DNA from: Bacillota bacterium
Lineage (GTDB): Bacteria > Bacillota > Clostridia > Monoglobales > Firm-18
Reading direction: 5' to 3'
NCBI GenBank assembly: GCA_023228885.1
Contig: JALOAJ010000003.1
Span: forward strand, 15,827 to 79,826
DNA: 64,000 nucleotides
Below, in pieces: positions 20,040-31,673 of the stretch. Numbering within the stretch: position 1 is the stretch's first letter; each line of letters starts with the position of its first letter. Under the pieces are notes generated by a model. The model had not been told where the DNA came from. It did no database searches and saw only the letters and a list, made by a program, of their open reading frames with translations. A program made the translations under genes and the position numbers.

Positions 20040-22058
20040 ATGAAAATTATAAGCGTTTTATTGATTGTGTTAAAAATTATTTCATCTGTTGCTTTTTGCA
20101 TTGATAATAGCGCAGATGATATTGCGTTTGCCGTCAAAAAGAAGCTTGATATACCGGAATACTATTTAAATTTTAATAGCGGCAAGGAACAAACTGCAAA
20201 TGAAATAACATATAACCTGTCGTGGAGCGGGGAAAACAGCCAAGGTGGCGGCTCTGTAAGCGTTATAGCCGATGAAATGGGCAGAATAATATACTATAAC
20301 CGTTATGAGTATGGGAATTTTGAAGGAGATTATAAATTTTCTACCCTTGATTATAATGGAGCGGTTGAAATAGCATATGATAATATTAAAAGAATATGTC
20401 CGGAATTTGCGTATAATATTATACCGATAGAACGGGAAAATTATTTTGTGCGAAACAGCGACTCTTACCAAATAAATTTTATCAGAATTGAAAACGAAGT
20501 TCCGTATTACGACAATTATATTATTGCTTCGGTAAATGCAAAAGATAAAATACTTTCGGAATTTGCGGTGAGGTGGTATGATATACCTCATTTTCCAAAG
20601 CCGCAAGGAATTATAACAAAAGAACGGGCAAAAAAGCTTTTTCAAGAAACAGGCGGGATTTCGGAAGGCTATTACAACAATAACGTGGGTAAAGCTTTAA
20701 TGCTTTACAGCAGAAATAAGCCGGAAAATGAATACATTAATGCATTTACGGGCGAAATAACAAAAACCAATCTAACATGGGGACGGTATTTTTTAGGGCA
20801 AACAACCTTTGTTGAACCTGCGGATAACAAGCTTGATATGCAGATTGCGCCGATGGATACTTCAAAAGCCGTTGTTTTTATTGATAACATTTTACGCCGA
20901 TTGAAAATAGGGGGGGCTTATGATTTAAATAATGCAGTTTTATTTTCTGATTCAAATAAAAGTTATTATAGCTTTGAATTGGCTTTTGGAGAAGATGAGT
21001 TTATAACAATTGAAGCGGACGCAAGCACTAATGAGATAAGCCGTTTTTATCGCAGCGGCGTTTCAGAAAATGGTTATGTAATAAATGAACAAACAGCGCT
21101 TAAAAAAGCATTGGATTTTGCCAATATCGCATCATATGAAATCATTGATAAGTGTGCGGACGGTGTGATAAAAAAGGTTTCATCAGAGAACGGAGGCTAC
21201 AATTACCGTATTTCATTTGCAAGGCTGGTAGAGGGTATCCCCTACTTTGATAACGGGATTACGATTGTCGTTTCGGCAAACGATGGCGAAATTTTATCTT
21301 TTAAGACGGATTGGGACGATGAGCAAATTTTTAATTTACCCAAAGTGACCAAGCCGGACGCTTATGACAAGCTGTTTGACCATTTTGAATATAACCTTTG
21401 TTATGTGACTGTTACTAAGTCTAAGATAAAGACACCCAATAATGTTAGGGATATTGACATTAGGTTGGTTTATGATTTTGCTCCAGGCACACCGTTGTAT
21501 ATCAGCGCCGAAACAGGTAATTTTTGCCTTGGTGACTCTACAAACTTTATAAAAAAGGATTGTGAGGTATATGGCGATATTGACGGGCATCCTTCATACA
21601 ACAGCATCAAAACATTGCTTTGCGCGGGTTTTTTAAAAAGCGCCGAGTTGTATTATCCCGATGAAAATATTTTGCAGGCAGAGTATTTAAATCGCCTATA
21701 CTATGCAATTAAAAATGAGGACCTTGGCTACAACGCTTTGTATGCCCAACTGAGTAATCAAGGAATATTGACGGAAGATGAAATAACCCCTACCGAAGCC
21801 ATAACATTGGAAAATGCGATAAAATATGCTGTCAAGCTCTTAGGCTTTACAGAGGTTGCCGAGCTTAGTGAAACTTTTAAAACAAATTTTATAGATGAAA
21901 GCATGATAAAGCCCGGGTTGATTGGATATGCGGCAATTGCGCAAGGGCTTGGAATTATAAAAGGTAATGTGTTTTTACCCAAGCGTTTTGTTACAAAGGC
22001 ATTGGCTGCTGAAATAATATATAATATACTGATGCCGAAGGAGGAACTGTCAATATGA
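20040..22058 (+). CDS. secreted hypothetical protein with C-terminal SLH-like repeats
   Basis: 672 aa. N-terminal signal peptide (MKIISVLLIVLKIISSVAFC). The C-terminus has SLH-like units (YGDIDGHPSYNSIKTLLCAGFL..., FIDESMIKPGLIGYAAIAQGLGIIKGNVFLPKRFVTKALAAEII). The gene is AT-rich compared with its neighbours. Confidence 0.6.
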   Translation: MKIISVLLIVLKIISSVAFCIDNSADDIAFAVKKKLDIPEYYLNFNSGKEQTANEITYNLSWSGENSQGGGSVSVIADEMGRIIYYNRYEYGNFEGDYKFSTLDYNGAVEIAYDNIKRICPEFAYNIIPIERENYFVRNSDSYQINFIRIENEVPYYDNYIIASVNAKDKILSEFAVRWYDIPHFPKPQGIITKERAKKLFQETGGISEGYYNNNVGKALMLYSRNKPENEYINAFTGEITKTNLTWGRYFLGQTTFVEPADNKLDMQIAPMDTSKAVVFIDNILRRLKIGGAYDLNNAVLFSDSNKSYYSFELAFGEDEFITIEADASTNEISRFYRSGVSENGYVINEQTALKKALDFANIASYEIIDKCADGVIKKVSSENGGYNYRISFARLVEGIPYFDNGITIVVSANDGEILSFKTDWDDEQIFNLPKVTKPDAYDKLFDHFEYNLCYVTVTKSKIKTPNNVRDIDIRLVYDFAPGTPLYISAETGNFCLGDSTNFIKKDCEVYGDIDGHPSYNSIKTLLCAGFLKSAELYYPDENILQAEYLNRLYYAIKNEDLGYNALYAQLSNQGILTEDEITPTEAITLENAIKYAVKLLGFTEVAELSETFKTNFIDESMIKPGLIGYAAIAQGLGIIKGNVFLPKRFVTKALAAEIIYNILMPKEELSI

Positions 22059-23494
22059 GACCAAATCTTGCTTTGCTTACCGACTTTTATGAGTTTACCA
22101 TGGCAAGCGGATACTTTGAACAGGGGATAGGCGATAAAACGGCGTATTTTGATTTATATTTCAGAAAAATACCGGATGGCGGCGGCTTTGCCATAATGGC
22201 GGGTCTTGAGCAGGTGGTAGATTATCTGAAAAATATCAGCTTTACAAAATCAGACATAGACTACTTAGCATCAAAGGGTATATTTTCAAAAGGCTTTTTA
22301 AAGCATCTTGAAACTTTTAAGTTTGAATGCGATGTATGGGGCATTGAAGAAGGAACGCCTATTTTTCCGAATGAACCGATATTGGTGGTACGAGGGCCGA
22401 TAATACAAGCCCAACTGATTGAAACAATGCTTTTACTTACAATAAATCATCAATCGCTTATTGCCACAAAAGCAAACAGAATAACCCGCTCGGCGCATGG
22501 CAGAACTGTTTTTGAGTTTGGCTCACGCAGGGCGCAAGGGTATGACGCTGCCATTTATGGTGCGCGCGCCGCATATATCGGCGGCTGCAGCGGAACTTCC
22601 TGCGCTATTGCCGATAAGGAATTTCACATTCCTGCAGCAGGCACTATGGCGCACAGCTGGGTTCAGCTTTTTCCCGACGAATACTCTGCTTTTTGCGCTT
22701 ACGCCTCTGTTTTCCCTGATGATTGCGTTCTTTTGGTTGATACGTATAATGTGCTAAAAACAGGCGTGCCCAATGCAATTAGGGTGCACAACAACCTGCT
22801 TGCGCCTATGGGCAAGCGTCTTGCGGGGATTAGGCTTGACAGCGGCGATATAACATATTTGTCTAAAAAGGCAAGAAAAATGTTAGATGATGCAGGGCTT
22901 TTTGAATGCAAAATAATTGCGTCAAATTCGCTTGACGAATACATTATACGGGAAATGCTGTTGCAGGGCGCATGCGTTGATACCTTCGGGGTAGGAGAGC
23001 GTCTTATAACTTCTCGCTCAGAGCCTGTTTTCGGAGGTGTGTATAAGCTTGTGGCGATTGAAAGCGGAAATGAGATTGTGCCGAAAATTAAGCTTTCGGA
23101 GAATGTATCCAAAATATCCAACCCGGGGTTTAAAAAGCTTTACAGGTTTTATGGCGATGACGGGCTTGCAATAGCGGATGTCATTACACTTTATGATGAA
23201 GTGATGGATAATAAAAAACCATATACCCTTTTTCACCCTGTGCATACATGGAAAAAAAGTGTGGTAAAAAACTTTACCGCAGAGCCCTTATTAAAGCGGT
23301 TATTTAAAAAAGGGGAATGTGTTTACAAAAGCCCTTCCCTTTATGATATTCAAAAAAATTGCCGTAAAAAGGTTGATAGCTTATGGGAGGAAGTAAAAAG
23401 ATTTGAAAACCCGCACGAGTATTATGTAGATTTGTCCAAGCCGCTTTGGGATGTTAAGCAAAAGTTATTAAACGATTACCGTGTTGAGCCTTAA
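22055..23494 (+). CDS. pncB: nicotinate phosphoribosyltransferase
   Basis: 479 aa with LLTDFYEFTMA, FGSRRAQG, GTMAHSWV and RLDSGD motifs. ATGA overlap with the upstream gene. Confidence 0.9.
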   Translation: MRPNLALLTDFYEFTMASGYFEQGIGDKTAYFDLYFRKIPDGGGFAIMAGLEQVVDYLKNISFTKSDIDYLASKGIFSKGFLKHLETFKFECDVWGIEEGTPIFPNEPILVVRGPIIQAQLIETMLLLTINHQSLIATKANRITRSAHGRTVFEFGSRRAQGYDAAIYGARAAYIGGCSGTSCAIADKEFHIPAAGTMAHSWVQLFPDEYSAFCAYASVFPDDCVLLVDTYNVLKTGVPNAIRVHNNLLAPMGKRLAGIRLDSGDITYLSKKARKMLDDAGLFECKIIASNSLDEYIIREMLLQGACVDTFGVGERLITSRSEPVFGGVYKLVAIESGNEIVPKIKLSENVSKISNPGFKKLYRFYGDDGLAIADVITLYDEVMDNKKPYTLFHPVHTWKKSVVKNFTAEPLLKRLFKKGECVYKSPSLYDIQKNCRKKVDSLWEEVKRFENPHEYYVDLSKPLWDVKQKLLNDYRVEP

Positions 23495-23650
23495 GCTATT
23501 TATATAATAATAAAAACTCCTTTTACCAATTTCGGCTGCATGTTTGGCAAAACTTGGCATGGGGGTTTTTTTATTGACCTTTTTCTTCAAAAAATTTAAA
23601 AAAAGACTGTAAAGCGTTCTTTTTTTATGGTATAATAAAATAATAGGCAG

Positions 23651-25621
23651 GTGAGGTTTATGGGTTTTAATGTGGTATCGGAATACAAACCGCAGGGAGA
23701 CCAGCCAAAGGCGATAGATTTATTGACCGAAGGCATTAAAAAAGGTTACAAAGGGCAAACCTTGCTTGGAGTAACCGGTAGCGGCAAAACTTTTACAATA
23801 GCTAATTTAATAGAAAAGGTGCAAAAGCCTACCTTGGTTTTAGCGCACAATAAAACGCTTGCGGCACAGCTTTGCAGCGAATTTAAAGAGTTTTTCCCGA
23901 ATAATGCGGTTGAATATTTTGTCAGTTACTATGATTACTATCAGCCGGAGGCTTATATTGCATCAACCGATACTTTTATTGAAAAGGACTCGTCAATTAA
24001 TGAGGAAATTGACAAGCTGCGCCACTCGGCAACTTTTTCTTTGCTTGAACGCAGAGATGTAATTATAGTTGCAAGCGTAAGCTGTATATATGGTTTGGGT
24101 GACCCGGATGACTATAAAAACCTTGTGTTGTCGCTTCGGGTGGGCAATATTTACGACCGTGACGAGGTTTTAAAAAAGTTGGTGGAGATACAATACGAAA
24201 GAAACGACATTAACTTTGTTAGGGGCAAATTTCGCGTTCGCGGGGATGTTGTTGAGATATTCCCGGCAAGTCAATCGGAAAGAGCCGTTAGGGTAGAGTT
24301 TTTTGGTGACGAAATTGAGCGTATTACCGAGATTGATGTGTTGACGGGCGAGATAATCGGAATAAGAAATCACATTGCTATATATCCGAACTCGCACTAT
24401 GTAACAACAAAAGCCAAGATGGAAAAAGCAATAGAAGAAATACAAAGGGAGTTAAAAGAGAGGGAACAGTTTTTTTACGATAACAACAAGCTTATTGAGG
24501 CGCAAAGAATAAAAGAGCGCACAAGCTATGATATTGAAATGCTAAAAGAAATAGGGTTTTGTCAGGGGATTGAAAACTATTCCCGAATTATCAGCGGCAG
24601 GCAGCCGGGTAGTGCCCCTTTTACCCTTATCGACTATTTCCCCGATGACTTTTTGCTTGTTATTGACGAATCTCATGTTACCATACCGCAGGTTCGCGGG
24701 ATGTATAACGGAGACAGGTCAAGAAAAAATTCGCTTGTGGATTATGGTTTTCGTCTGCCGAGCGCATACGATAATCGCCCGCTAAACTTTAGGGAATTCG
24801 AACAGCGGATAAACCAAGTTGTGTATGTAAGCGCAACGCCTGCCGATTATGAAAAGACCAATTCATCACAAATTGCAGAGCAGGTTATTCGCCCAACCGG
24901 TCTTGTAGACCCGCAAATTTTTGTTTTGCCGGTAAAGGGACAGATTGATGATTTGCAAAACGAGATAGCAAAAACCGTTTCGCAAGAAGAAAGGGTGCTT
25001 GTGACAACCCTTACAAAAAAAATGGCGGAGGATTTGACCGAATATCTTGAGCAAACAGGCGTTAAGGTGCGATATTTACATTCCGATATAGGCACAATAG
25101 AAAGGATGGAAATAATACGCGATTTAAGAATGGGTGTTTTTGATGTTTTGGTTGGTATAAACCTGTTGCGTGAAGGGCTTGATTTGCCCGAGGTGTCGTT
25201 GGTTGCAATATTGGATGCCGACAAGGAAGGGTTTTTACGCAGCGAAACTTCACTAATTCAAACGGTGGGCAGGGCGGCGCGAAACAGCAGGGGCAAGGTG
25301 ATAATGTATGCCGATGTTATAACGGGCAGCATGGAGCGTGCAATCGGCGAAACTAACAGGCGTCGGCAAATTCAAATTGAATTTAACAAAAAGCATGGCA
25401 TAACGCCTAAAACAATAAGTAAATCGGTTCGCGATATTATCGAAGCGACAAAGCAAGAAAAGGAAAAAGCGGCAGACACGATAAAAATTGCCGATATTGC
25501 AAATACAATTAAAAAACTTACCGACGAAATGCAGCTTGCGGCATACGATTTGCAGTTTGAGCAGGCGGCTGTTTTGAGGGATAGGATAAGAGAACTGGAA
25601 AGGAAACTTGGCAATGGATAA
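23651..25621 (+). CDS. uvrB: excinuclease ABC subunit B
   Basis: [11 protein letters not shown], Walker [13 protein letters not shown] box, and C-terminal UVR domain ([15 protein letters not shown]). The start is GTG 23651 or ATG 23660. Confidence 0.95.
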   Translation: MRFMGFNVVSEYKPQGDQPKAIDLLTEGIKKGYKGQTLLGVTGSGKTFTIANLIEKVQKPTLVLAHNKTLAAQLCSEFKEFFPNNAVEYFVSYYDYYQPEAYIASTDTFIEKDSSINEEIDKLRHSATFSLLERRDVIIVASVSCIYGLGDPDDYKNLVLSLRVGNIYDRDEVLKKLVEIQYERNDINFVRGKFRVRGDVVEIFPASQSERAVRVEFFGDEIERITEIDVLTGEIIGIRNHIAIYPNSHYVTTKAKMEKAIEEIQRELKEREQFFYDNNKLIEAQRIKERTSYDIEMLKEIGFCQGIENYSRIISGRQPGSAPFTLIDYFPDDFLLVIDESHVTIPQVRGMYNGDRSRKNSLVDYGFRLPSAYDNRPLNFREFEQRINQVVYVSATPADYEKTNSSQIAEQVIRPTGLVDPQIFVLPVKGQIDDLQNEIAKTVSQEERVLVTTLTKKMAEDLTEYLEQTGVKVRYLHSDIGTIERMEIIRDLRMGVFDVLVGINLLREGLDLPEVSLVAILDADKEGFLRSETSLIQTVGRAARNSRGKVIMYADVITGSMERAIGETNRRRQIQIEFNKKHGITPKTISKSVRDIIEATKQEKEKAADTIKIADIANTIKKLTDEMQLAAYDLQFEQAAVLRDRIRELERKLGNG

Positions 25622-28445
25622 AATAGTTATAAAAGGCGCAAGGGAACATAATTTAAAAAATATTGATATAGAATTGCCTCGCAATAAGCTTATTGTTATA
25701 ACGGGGCTTTCAGGGTCGGGCAAATCATCCCTTGCTTTTGATACAATATATGCGGAGGGGCAAAGAAGGTATATAGAATCGCTTTCTTCATATGCAAGAA
25801 TGTTTTTGGGAAGGATGGACAAGCCCGATGTAGACTATATCGAGGGGCTTTCGCCAGCCATTTCGATTGACCAAAAGACAACAAGTAAAAACCCTCGTTC
25901 CACAGTTGGAACGGTTACCGAAATATATGATTATTTACGACTGCTTTACGCAAGGGTGGGCACACCTCATTGCCCAAACTGCGGGCGGGAGATAAAACAG
26001 CAAACGGTTGACCAAATTGTTGACAGTATTTTAAAATTGCCCGAGGGGACAAAAATGCAAATTCTTGCCCCCGTTGTGCGCGGCAAAAAAGGCGAGCATG
26101 CAAAGGTTTTTGAAGATGCAAGGAAGGGCGGCTATGTTCGCATAAGAGTTAACGGTGAAATACACGATTTATCCGAAGAAATTAAGCTTGAAAAAACAAA
26201 AAAGCACAACATAGAGCTTGTAATTGACCGTTTGGTGGTAAAGGATTCAATAAAGGCACGGCTGAACGATTCGCTTGAAACCGCCGCCCAACAATCGGGC
26301 GGGCTTGTAACGATAGACCTTATCGAAAGTGGCGAAGAACTTGTGTTCAGCCAAAATTACGCCTGCCACGAATGCGGAATTAACATTGAAGAACTTACAC
26401 CGCGCATGTTTTCGTTTAACAATCCTTATGGCGCGTGCCCAACCTGCACCGGGCTTGGGTTTCAAATGAAAATTGATGAGGACCTTGTAATCCCCGACAA
26501 AAATAAAACGCTAAACGAAGGGGCAATAAAGGTAAGCGGGTGGGACAGCGCATCGGACGACAGCATTTCATCAATGTATTTTAAAGCGCTTTCCCGTCAC
26601 TACGATTTTAGCTTGGATACGCCGATAAAAAAACTTCCGAAAAAAGTTATCGACATTTTACTTTACGGAACGGGAAATGAAAAAATTAAAATAGAATATA
26701 CGCGTTCATACGGCAACGGAACTTATTTATCGGCGTTTGAAGGGATAATAAATAACTTGGAACGGCGATACAGGGAAACAAGCTCCGATTGGGTCAAAAT
26801 GGATTTGGAAGGTTTCATGTCAAACAACACTTGCCCGGATTGCAACGGCGAAAGGCTTAAAAAGGAAGTGCTTGCGGTTACGGTTGGCGGCAAAAACATT
26901 AGCAAGTCAACGCATCTATCTATTACAGAGGCGAAAAACTTTTTCAGCAGCCTAAAGCTGTCTGAAAAGCAAACGGCGATAGCCCAACAGGTGCTAAAAG
27001 AAATAAACGAGCGTCTGGGGTTTTTATCCAATGTGGGGCTTGATTACCTTACCCTTTCTCGTCCGGCAGGCACTTTGTCGGGCGGTGAGGCACAGCGGAT
27101 ACGCCTTGCAACCCAAATAGGCTCATCGCTGGTTGGAGTGCTGTATATTTTAGACGAGCCGAGCATCGGGCTGCATCAAAAAGATAATGCAAAGCTGCTG
27201 TCAGCCCTTGAAAAACTTAGAGATTTAGGCAACACCTTAATAGTGGTGGAGCATGACGAAGAAACGATGTACACGGCAGACCATATAGTGGATATTGGCC
27301 CCGGAGCGGGGATAAACGGCGGTGAAATTATAGTGCAAGGCACCGTTGAGGATATTAAAAATTGTGAAAACTCCCAAACCGGTCAGTATCTGTGCGGAAA
27401 GAAAAAGATTGACATTCCCAAAGAGCGCCGAAAGGGAAACGGAGATTATTTAAAAGTTATCGGCGCAAGGGAAAATAATTTGAAAAACTTAACCGCCAAA
27501 ATTCCGCTTGGCGTGTTTGTTTGCGTGTCGGGTGTGTCGGGCAGCGGGAAATCATCTTTGGTTAATGAAATTTTGTTTAAGCGGCTTGCAAATGAGCTTA
27601 ACGGAGCAAAGAAAAAGCCGGGCAAGCATAATGATATTAAAGGCATTGAAAAGCTTAACAAGGTTATAAATATTGACCAGTCGCCAATCGGCAGGACGCC
27701 ACGCTCGAACCCCGCCACTTATACCGGTTTGTTCGGCGAAATCCGCAACCTGTTTTCCTCGACAAACGAGGCGAAAATGAGGGGGTATCTGCCGGGAAGG
27801 TTTAGCTTTAACGTAAGGGGCGGCAGGTGCGAGGCTTGCGAGGGAGATGGAATTTTAAAAATTGAAATGCACTTTTTGCCGGATGTTTATGTGCCTTGCG
27901 AAGTGTGCAAAGGAAAAAGGTACAACCGAGAAACGCTTGAGGTGCATTATAAAGGTAAAAACATTGACAATGTGCTTAACATGACGGTTGACGAAGCGTT
28001 TGATTTTTTTGAAAATGTGCCGCGCATACACCGAAAATTGAAAACTTTAAAGGAAGTAGGCTTGGGGTATATACGCTTGGGTCAGCCCTCCACAACATTA
28101 TCCGGCGGAGAGGCGCAGCGTGTTAAGCTTGCAACCGAGCTTTCCAAGCGCAGTACGGGGAAAACGGCGTATATTCTTGACGAGCCCACAACCGGGCTGC
28201 ATACAGCGGATGTTCACCGCCTTATCGATGTGCTGCAAAAGCTGGTGGAGGGCGGCAACACAATTATTATTATAGAGCATAACCTTGATGTGATTAAGGT
28301 TTCGGATTATGTAATCGACCTCGGGCCGGAGGGAGGGGATAAAGGCGGAGAAATAGTTGCCGCCGGAACTCCGGAGCAGGTTGCGAAAATAAGCTCCTCT
28401 TACACAGGGATGTATTTAAAACAGTACCTTGACAATAGGGCGTAA
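25614..28445 (+). CDS. uvrA: excinuclease ABC subunit A
   Basis: [17 protein letters not shown], two ABC modules (GLSGSGKSS and GVSGSGKSS) and zinc-finger cysteines. It overlaps the uvrB stop. Confidence 0.95.
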   Translation: MDKIVIKGAREHNLKNIDIELPRNKLIVITGLSGSGKSSLAFDTIYAEGQRRYIESLSSYARMFLGRMDKPDVDYIEGLSPAISIDQKTTSKNPRSTVGTVTEIYDYLRLLYARVGTPHCPNCGREIKQQTVDQIVDSILKLPEGTKMQILAPVVRGKKGEHAKVFEDARKGGYVRIRVNGEIHDLSEEIKLEKTKKHNIELVIDRLVVKDSIKARLNDSLETAAQQSGGLVTIDLIESGEELVFSQNYACHECGINIEELTPRMFSFNNPYGACPTCTGLGFQMKIDEDLVIPDKNKTLNEGAIKVSGWDSASDDSISSMYFKALSRHYDFSLDTPIKKLPKKVIDILLYGTGNEKIKIEYTRSYGNGTYLSAFEGIINNLERRYRETSSDWVKMDLEGFMSNNTCPDCNGERLKKEVLAVTVGGKNISKSTHLSITEAKNFFSSLKLSEKQTAIAQQVLKEINERLGFLSNVGLDYLTLSRPAGTLSGGEAQRIRLATQIGSSLVGVLYILDEPSIGLHQKDNAKLLSALEKLRDLGNTLIVVEHDEETMYTADHIVDIGPGAGINGGEIIVQGTVEDIKNCENSQTGQYLCGKKKIDIPKERRKGNGDYLKVIGARENNLKNLTAKIPLGVFVCVSGVSGSGKSSLVNEILFKRLANELNGAKKKPGKHNDIKGIEKLNKVINIDQSPIGRTPRSNPATYTGLFGEIRNLFSSTNEAKMRGYLPGRFSFNVRGGRCEACEGDGILKIEMHFLPDVYVPCEVCKGKRYNRETLEVHYKGKNIDNVLNMTVDEAFDFFENVPRIHRKLKTLKEVGLGYIRLGQPSTTLSGGEAQRVKLATELSKRSTGKTAYILDEPTTGLHTADVHRLIDVLQKLVEGGNTIIIIEHNLDVIKVSDYVIDLGPEGGDKGGEIVAAGTPEQVAKISSSYTGMYLKQYLDNRA

Positions 28446-28489
28446 ATATAATAGAATATTTTTAGTTTTTATTTTAGGGGTTGACTTTA

Positions 28490-29926
28490 TTGAGCGGTTT
28501 TCAAAAGAAGTTTGTTGAGGAAATAACATCAAGGGATGTTGATTTTGCAAAATGGTACACCGACATAGTAAAAAAAGCCGAGCTGATAGACTATTCAAGC
28601 GTTAAAGGCTGTATGGTAATTCGTCCGAATGGTTATGCGATTTGGGAGAACATCCAAAAAGACCTTGACGCAAGGTTTAAAAAGACAGGTCATCAAAATG
28701 TGTATATGCCTCTTTTTATCCCGGAGAGCTTGTTGCAAAAAGAAAAAGACCATGTAGAGGGCTTTGCGCCTGAAGTCGCATGGGTTACGCATGGCGGGGA
28801 ACAAAAACTTTCGGAGCGGCTGTGCGTTCGCCCGACTTCCGAAACGCTGTTTTGTGAGCATTATGCAAATATAATTCATTCATATCGTGACCTTCCAAAG
28901 CTTTATAATCAATGGTGCAGCGTTGTCAGGTGGGAAAAGACAACCCGCCCCTTTTTGCGTTCTTTGGAATTTTTATGGCAGGAAGGGCACACCGCTCATG
29001 AAAATGAGCAGGAGGCTCGGGAAGAAACATTAAAAATGCTTGAGGTATATAAGAATTTTTGCGAAGAATCGTTGGCGATACCGGTCGTTTGCGGGCAAAA
29101 AACGGAAAAGGAAAAGTTTGCAGGCGCAGTTGAAACATATACAATAGAAAGCTTAATGCATGACGGCAAGGCGCTGCAATCGGGCACAACTCATTATTTT
29201 GGCGATGGCTTTGCAAAGGCTTTCGGTATTCAATATTCGGACAAAAACAACACGCTTTCGTATGTGCATCAAACATCGTGGGGCGTGTCAACAAGGCTTA
29301 TCGGTGCAATAATTATGGTGCACGGCGACGACAGCGGGCTTGTGCTGCCGCCTGTTATAGCACCGACTCAGCTTGCTATCATCCCTATTGCAATGCACAA
29401 GGAAGGCGTTTTGGATGCGGCGGAAAATCTTGCATCAAGGTTGGCTGATTTTCGTGTTACGCTTGACAGTTCAGACAATTCACCCGGGTGGAAGTTTTCT
29501 GAATACGAAATGCTGGGTGTGCCTGTTCGTCTTGAAATAGGTCCGAAGGATATAGAAAAAAACCAAGCTGTTTTGGTGCGGCGAGACACAAGGGAAAAGG
29601 TTTTCGTTTCGCTTGACAATATCGAAAACGAGGTAGCGACCTTGCTTGATAATATACAACGCGATATGTTAAGCCGTGCCCGCAAATTTTTGCAGTCGCA
29701 CACATATGATGTGACGGATTTTGACAAGCTTTGCGAGGATGCCTCTAAAAAGTCGGGGCTTTTTAGGGCAATGTGGTGCGGAAGCGAAAAATGCGAGGAA
29801 AAAATAAAAGAACATGCATCCCTTTCATCACGCTGTATTCCGTTTGAGCAAAAGCCGCTGTCCGACAAATGCATTTGCTGTGATAAAGATGCAAAAAAAC
29901 TGGTATATTGGGGAAAAGCGTACTAA
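28490..29926 (+). CDS. proS: proline--tRNA ligase (short archaeal/eukaryote-like class IIa type)
   Basis: About 478 aa. The [17 protein letters not shown]-terminus and C-terminal zinc-binding cysteines (CIPFEQ...CICCDK) are present, with no bacterial INS editing domain. TTG 28490 is 9 nt after AGGGG. The track ORF starts at TTG 28481. Confidence 0.9.
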   Translation: MSGFQKKFVEEITSRDVDFAKWYTDIVKKAELIDYSSVKGCMVIRPNGYAIWENIQKDLDARFKKTGHQNVYMPLFIPESLLQKEKDHVEGFAPEVAWVTHGGEQKLSERLCVRPTSETLFCEHYANIIHSYRDLPKLYNQWCSVVRWEKTTRPFLRSLEFLWQEGHTAHENEQEAREETLKMLEVYKNFCEESLAIPVVCGQKTEKEKFAGAVETYTIESLMHDGKALQSGTTHYFGDGFAKAFGIQYSDKNNTLSYVHQTSWGVSTRLIGAIIMVHGDDSGLVLPPVIAPTQLAIIPIAMHKEGVLDAAENLASRLADFRVTLDSSDNSPGWKFSEYEMLGVPVRLEIGPKDIEKNQAVLVRRDTREKVFVSLDNIENEVATLLDNIQRDMLSRARKFLQSHTYDVTDFDKLCEDASKKSGLFRAMWCGSEKCEEKIKEHASLSSRCIPFEQKPLSDKCICCDKDAKKLVYWGKAY

Positions 29927-30621
29927 TGCAGTTTAAGGTATTTGAGTTCGATGAAGTTTTTTCAACCAACACGCTGCTAAAAGAGGGGGATTACCCCATC
30001 GGCTCGGTTGCATTGGCTCGCACTCAGACAGGCGGCAAAGGGAGAGGCGGCAAAAGTTTTTATTCGCCCCCCTGTGGTATTTATATGAGCATGGTTGTTG
30101 GGTTTGAATCGATTTTTGACAAGCTTTTTATACCGATTAAAGCGGCAGTTTCCGCACATGATGTTTTATCAAAATATACAGACTGTAAAATTAAGTGGCC
30201 CAACGACATTGTAGCGGGCGGAAAAAAGCTTTGCGGCATTCTTTCAGAGGGCTATAATGATAAAGTGATAGCGGGCGTAGGGGTGAATTTAAACACGCCG
30301 CCGAAATATTTTGCGGATAACAGCTTGCCGTATGCAACTTCGCTTTATGAGCAAACGGGGAAATCATTTGATGTAAAAACCGTTGCGCATGAAATATTAA
30401 CGGCTTATTCTTTGCAGCAAAGCAAAGATGTGATTTTAGAAAAATATAAAGAAAACTGCCTAACGATTGGCAGGCAAATAACCGTTTTACAGGGCAACAA
30501 AAAATACGATGCAACCGCAATCGGCTTGACGCAAAATGGTGAGCTTATTATTTTGTCGGACGGAAAAAAACTTACCTTAAATTCCGGCGAGGTATCTATA
30601 AGAGGAAGTGAATATGTATGA
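29926..30621 (+). CDS. birA: biotin--[acetyl-CoA-carboxylase] ligase (no N-terminal HTH)
   Basis: QTGGKGRGGKSF and KWPNDIVAGGKKLCGILSE motifs. The ATG overlaps the proS stop (TAATG). Confidence 0.8.
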   Translation: MQFKVFEFDEVFSTNTLLKEGDYPIGSVALARTQTGGKGRGGKSFYSPPCGIYMSMVVGFESIFDKLFIPIKAAVSAHDVLSKYTDCKIKWPNDIVAGGKKLCGILSEGYNDKVIAGVGVNLNTPPKYFADNSLPYATSLYEQTGKSFDVKTVAHEILTAYSLQQSKDVILEKYKENCLTIGRQITVLQGNKKYDATAIGLTQNGELIILSDGKKLTLNSGEVSIRGSEYV

Positions 30622-31430
30622 TAAACACTGTCAATTTCCCCGGGCTTGGGATTTATTTGACATTGAACAGGGTGGCATTTACCGTTGGAATAAGAGAGAT
30701 ATACTGGTATGGCATAATAATTGGGGCTGGTCTTTTAACGGCGGTTTTGGTTGCAACTTCGCAATCTAAAAAAATGGGGCTGCCAAAAGATACAATCGCA
30801 GATATAACTTTAATTGCAACCCCGTTTGCAATAATTTTTGCACGCTTATATTTCGTTTTATGGAATTTTAAAGATTATATCGGAGACATGAAAAATATCT
30901 TTAACATTCGTCAAGGCGGGCTTGCCATATACGGCGGGATTATCGGCGGGGTTGCCGCTGCATATGTTTATTGCCGAATTAAAAAGGTTGATGTTAAAAA
31001 GGTTTTTGACTCGGGCGCATTCGGGCTGCTTATCGGGCAGGCAATAGGGCGCTTTGGGAACTTTGTAAATGTTGAGGCTTACGGCAGCCAAACAGCCCTT
31101 CCTTGGCGCATGGAAATTTACAGTGATGAGCTTGGCGCTTTAATAAGCGTTCACCCCACATTTTTGTATGAAAGCCTTTGGAATGTTGCGGGGCTTATTA
31201 TGCTTTTAATGTATCGGGGCAAAAAAAAGTTTGAAGGAGAACTCTTTTTATTGTATGTGGCATGGTACGGCATAGGCAGGGCATGGGTTGAGCAGCTTAG
31301 GGTCGATTCGTTGCCTTATGGCGCAAGCTTTAAAGTATCGCAAATTTTTGCGATTGTCACCGCTGTTGCCGCAGTTTTTGGCATAATTTATAATAGGTAT
31401 AAAATAAAACAAAAAACCCCGCTAAAATAA
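30618..31430 (+). CDS. lgt: phosphatidylglycerol--prolipoprotein diacylglyceryl transferase
   Basis: 270 aa with GGLAIYGGIIGG and GRFGNFVNVEAYG motifs. Confidence 0.9.
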   Translation: MINTVNFPGLGIYLTLNRVAFTVGIREIYWYGIIIGAGLLTAVLVATSQSKKMGLPKDTIADITLIATPFAIIFARLYFVLWNFKDYIGDMKNIFNIRQGGLAIYGGIIGGVAAAYVYCRIKKVDVKKVFDSGAFGLLIGQAIGRFGNFVNVEAYGSQTALPWRMEIYSDELGALISVHPTFLYESLWNVAGLIMLLMYRGKKKFEGELFLLYVAWYGIGRAWVEQLRVDSLPYGASFKVSQIFAIVTAVAAVFGIIYNRYKIKQKTPLK

Positions 31431-31447
31431 AAATTTTAATGGGGTTT
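31414..31447 (-). terminator. terminator of the tRNA-Gly gene, overlapping the lgt 3' end
   Basis: On the - strand AAACCCC pairs with GGGGTTT and is followed by a T-run (TTTTTTG). The loop is long, about 20 nt. Confidence 0.45.
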
Positions 31448-31521
31448 GGAGCGGAAGACGAGATTCGAACTCGCGACTTTCACCTTGGCAAGGTGACACT
31501 CTACCACTGAGTCACTCCCGC
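31447..31521 (-). tRNA. tRNA-Gly (anticodon GCC), CCA encoded
   Basis: I folded the 75-nt reverse complement GCGGGAGTGACTCAGTGGTAGAGTGTCACCTTGCCAAGGTGAAAGTCGCGAGTTCGAATCTCGTCTTCCGCTCCA by hand. Acceptor stem of 7 bp (1 G-U), D stem ACTC/GAGT, anticodon stem TCACC/GGTGA with loop TTGCCAA, and T arm with TTCGAAT. Confidence 0.9.
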
Positions 31522-31535
31522 ATCTTTACATAATA

Positions 31536-31563
31536 ATTATACAACATTTTTTTAATTTGTCAA
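31536..31563 (-). promoter_or_regulatory. sigma-A promoter for tRNA-Gly
   Basis: On the - strand, TTGACA (31563-31558), 16-nt spacer, TATAAT (31541-31536). It ends about 15 nt upstream of the tRNA 5' end. Confidence 0.55.
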
Positions 31564-31673
31564 GTATTGTTATATATTCTATTATATGATACAATATTCA
31601 AAGCAATTCTTTTTACACTTTATAAACTTAAAAATTATTTTTATATTTGCCTCCGGCGGAATGGAGATTAATT

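Noticed and set aside
23515-23570. Intrinsic terminator after pncB
   Set aside because: AAAAACTCC...GGGGGTTTTTTT pairs only partially and the intervening sequence forms no convincing stem. A weak terminator is possible, but it is not supported well enough to list.
23600-23636. LexA (Cheo-type) SOS box upstream of uvrB
   Set aside because: Only one half-site is present. The reverse strand reads AGAACgcttTACAg, where GAAC-N4-GTTC is expected, so this is not enough to call an SOS operator.
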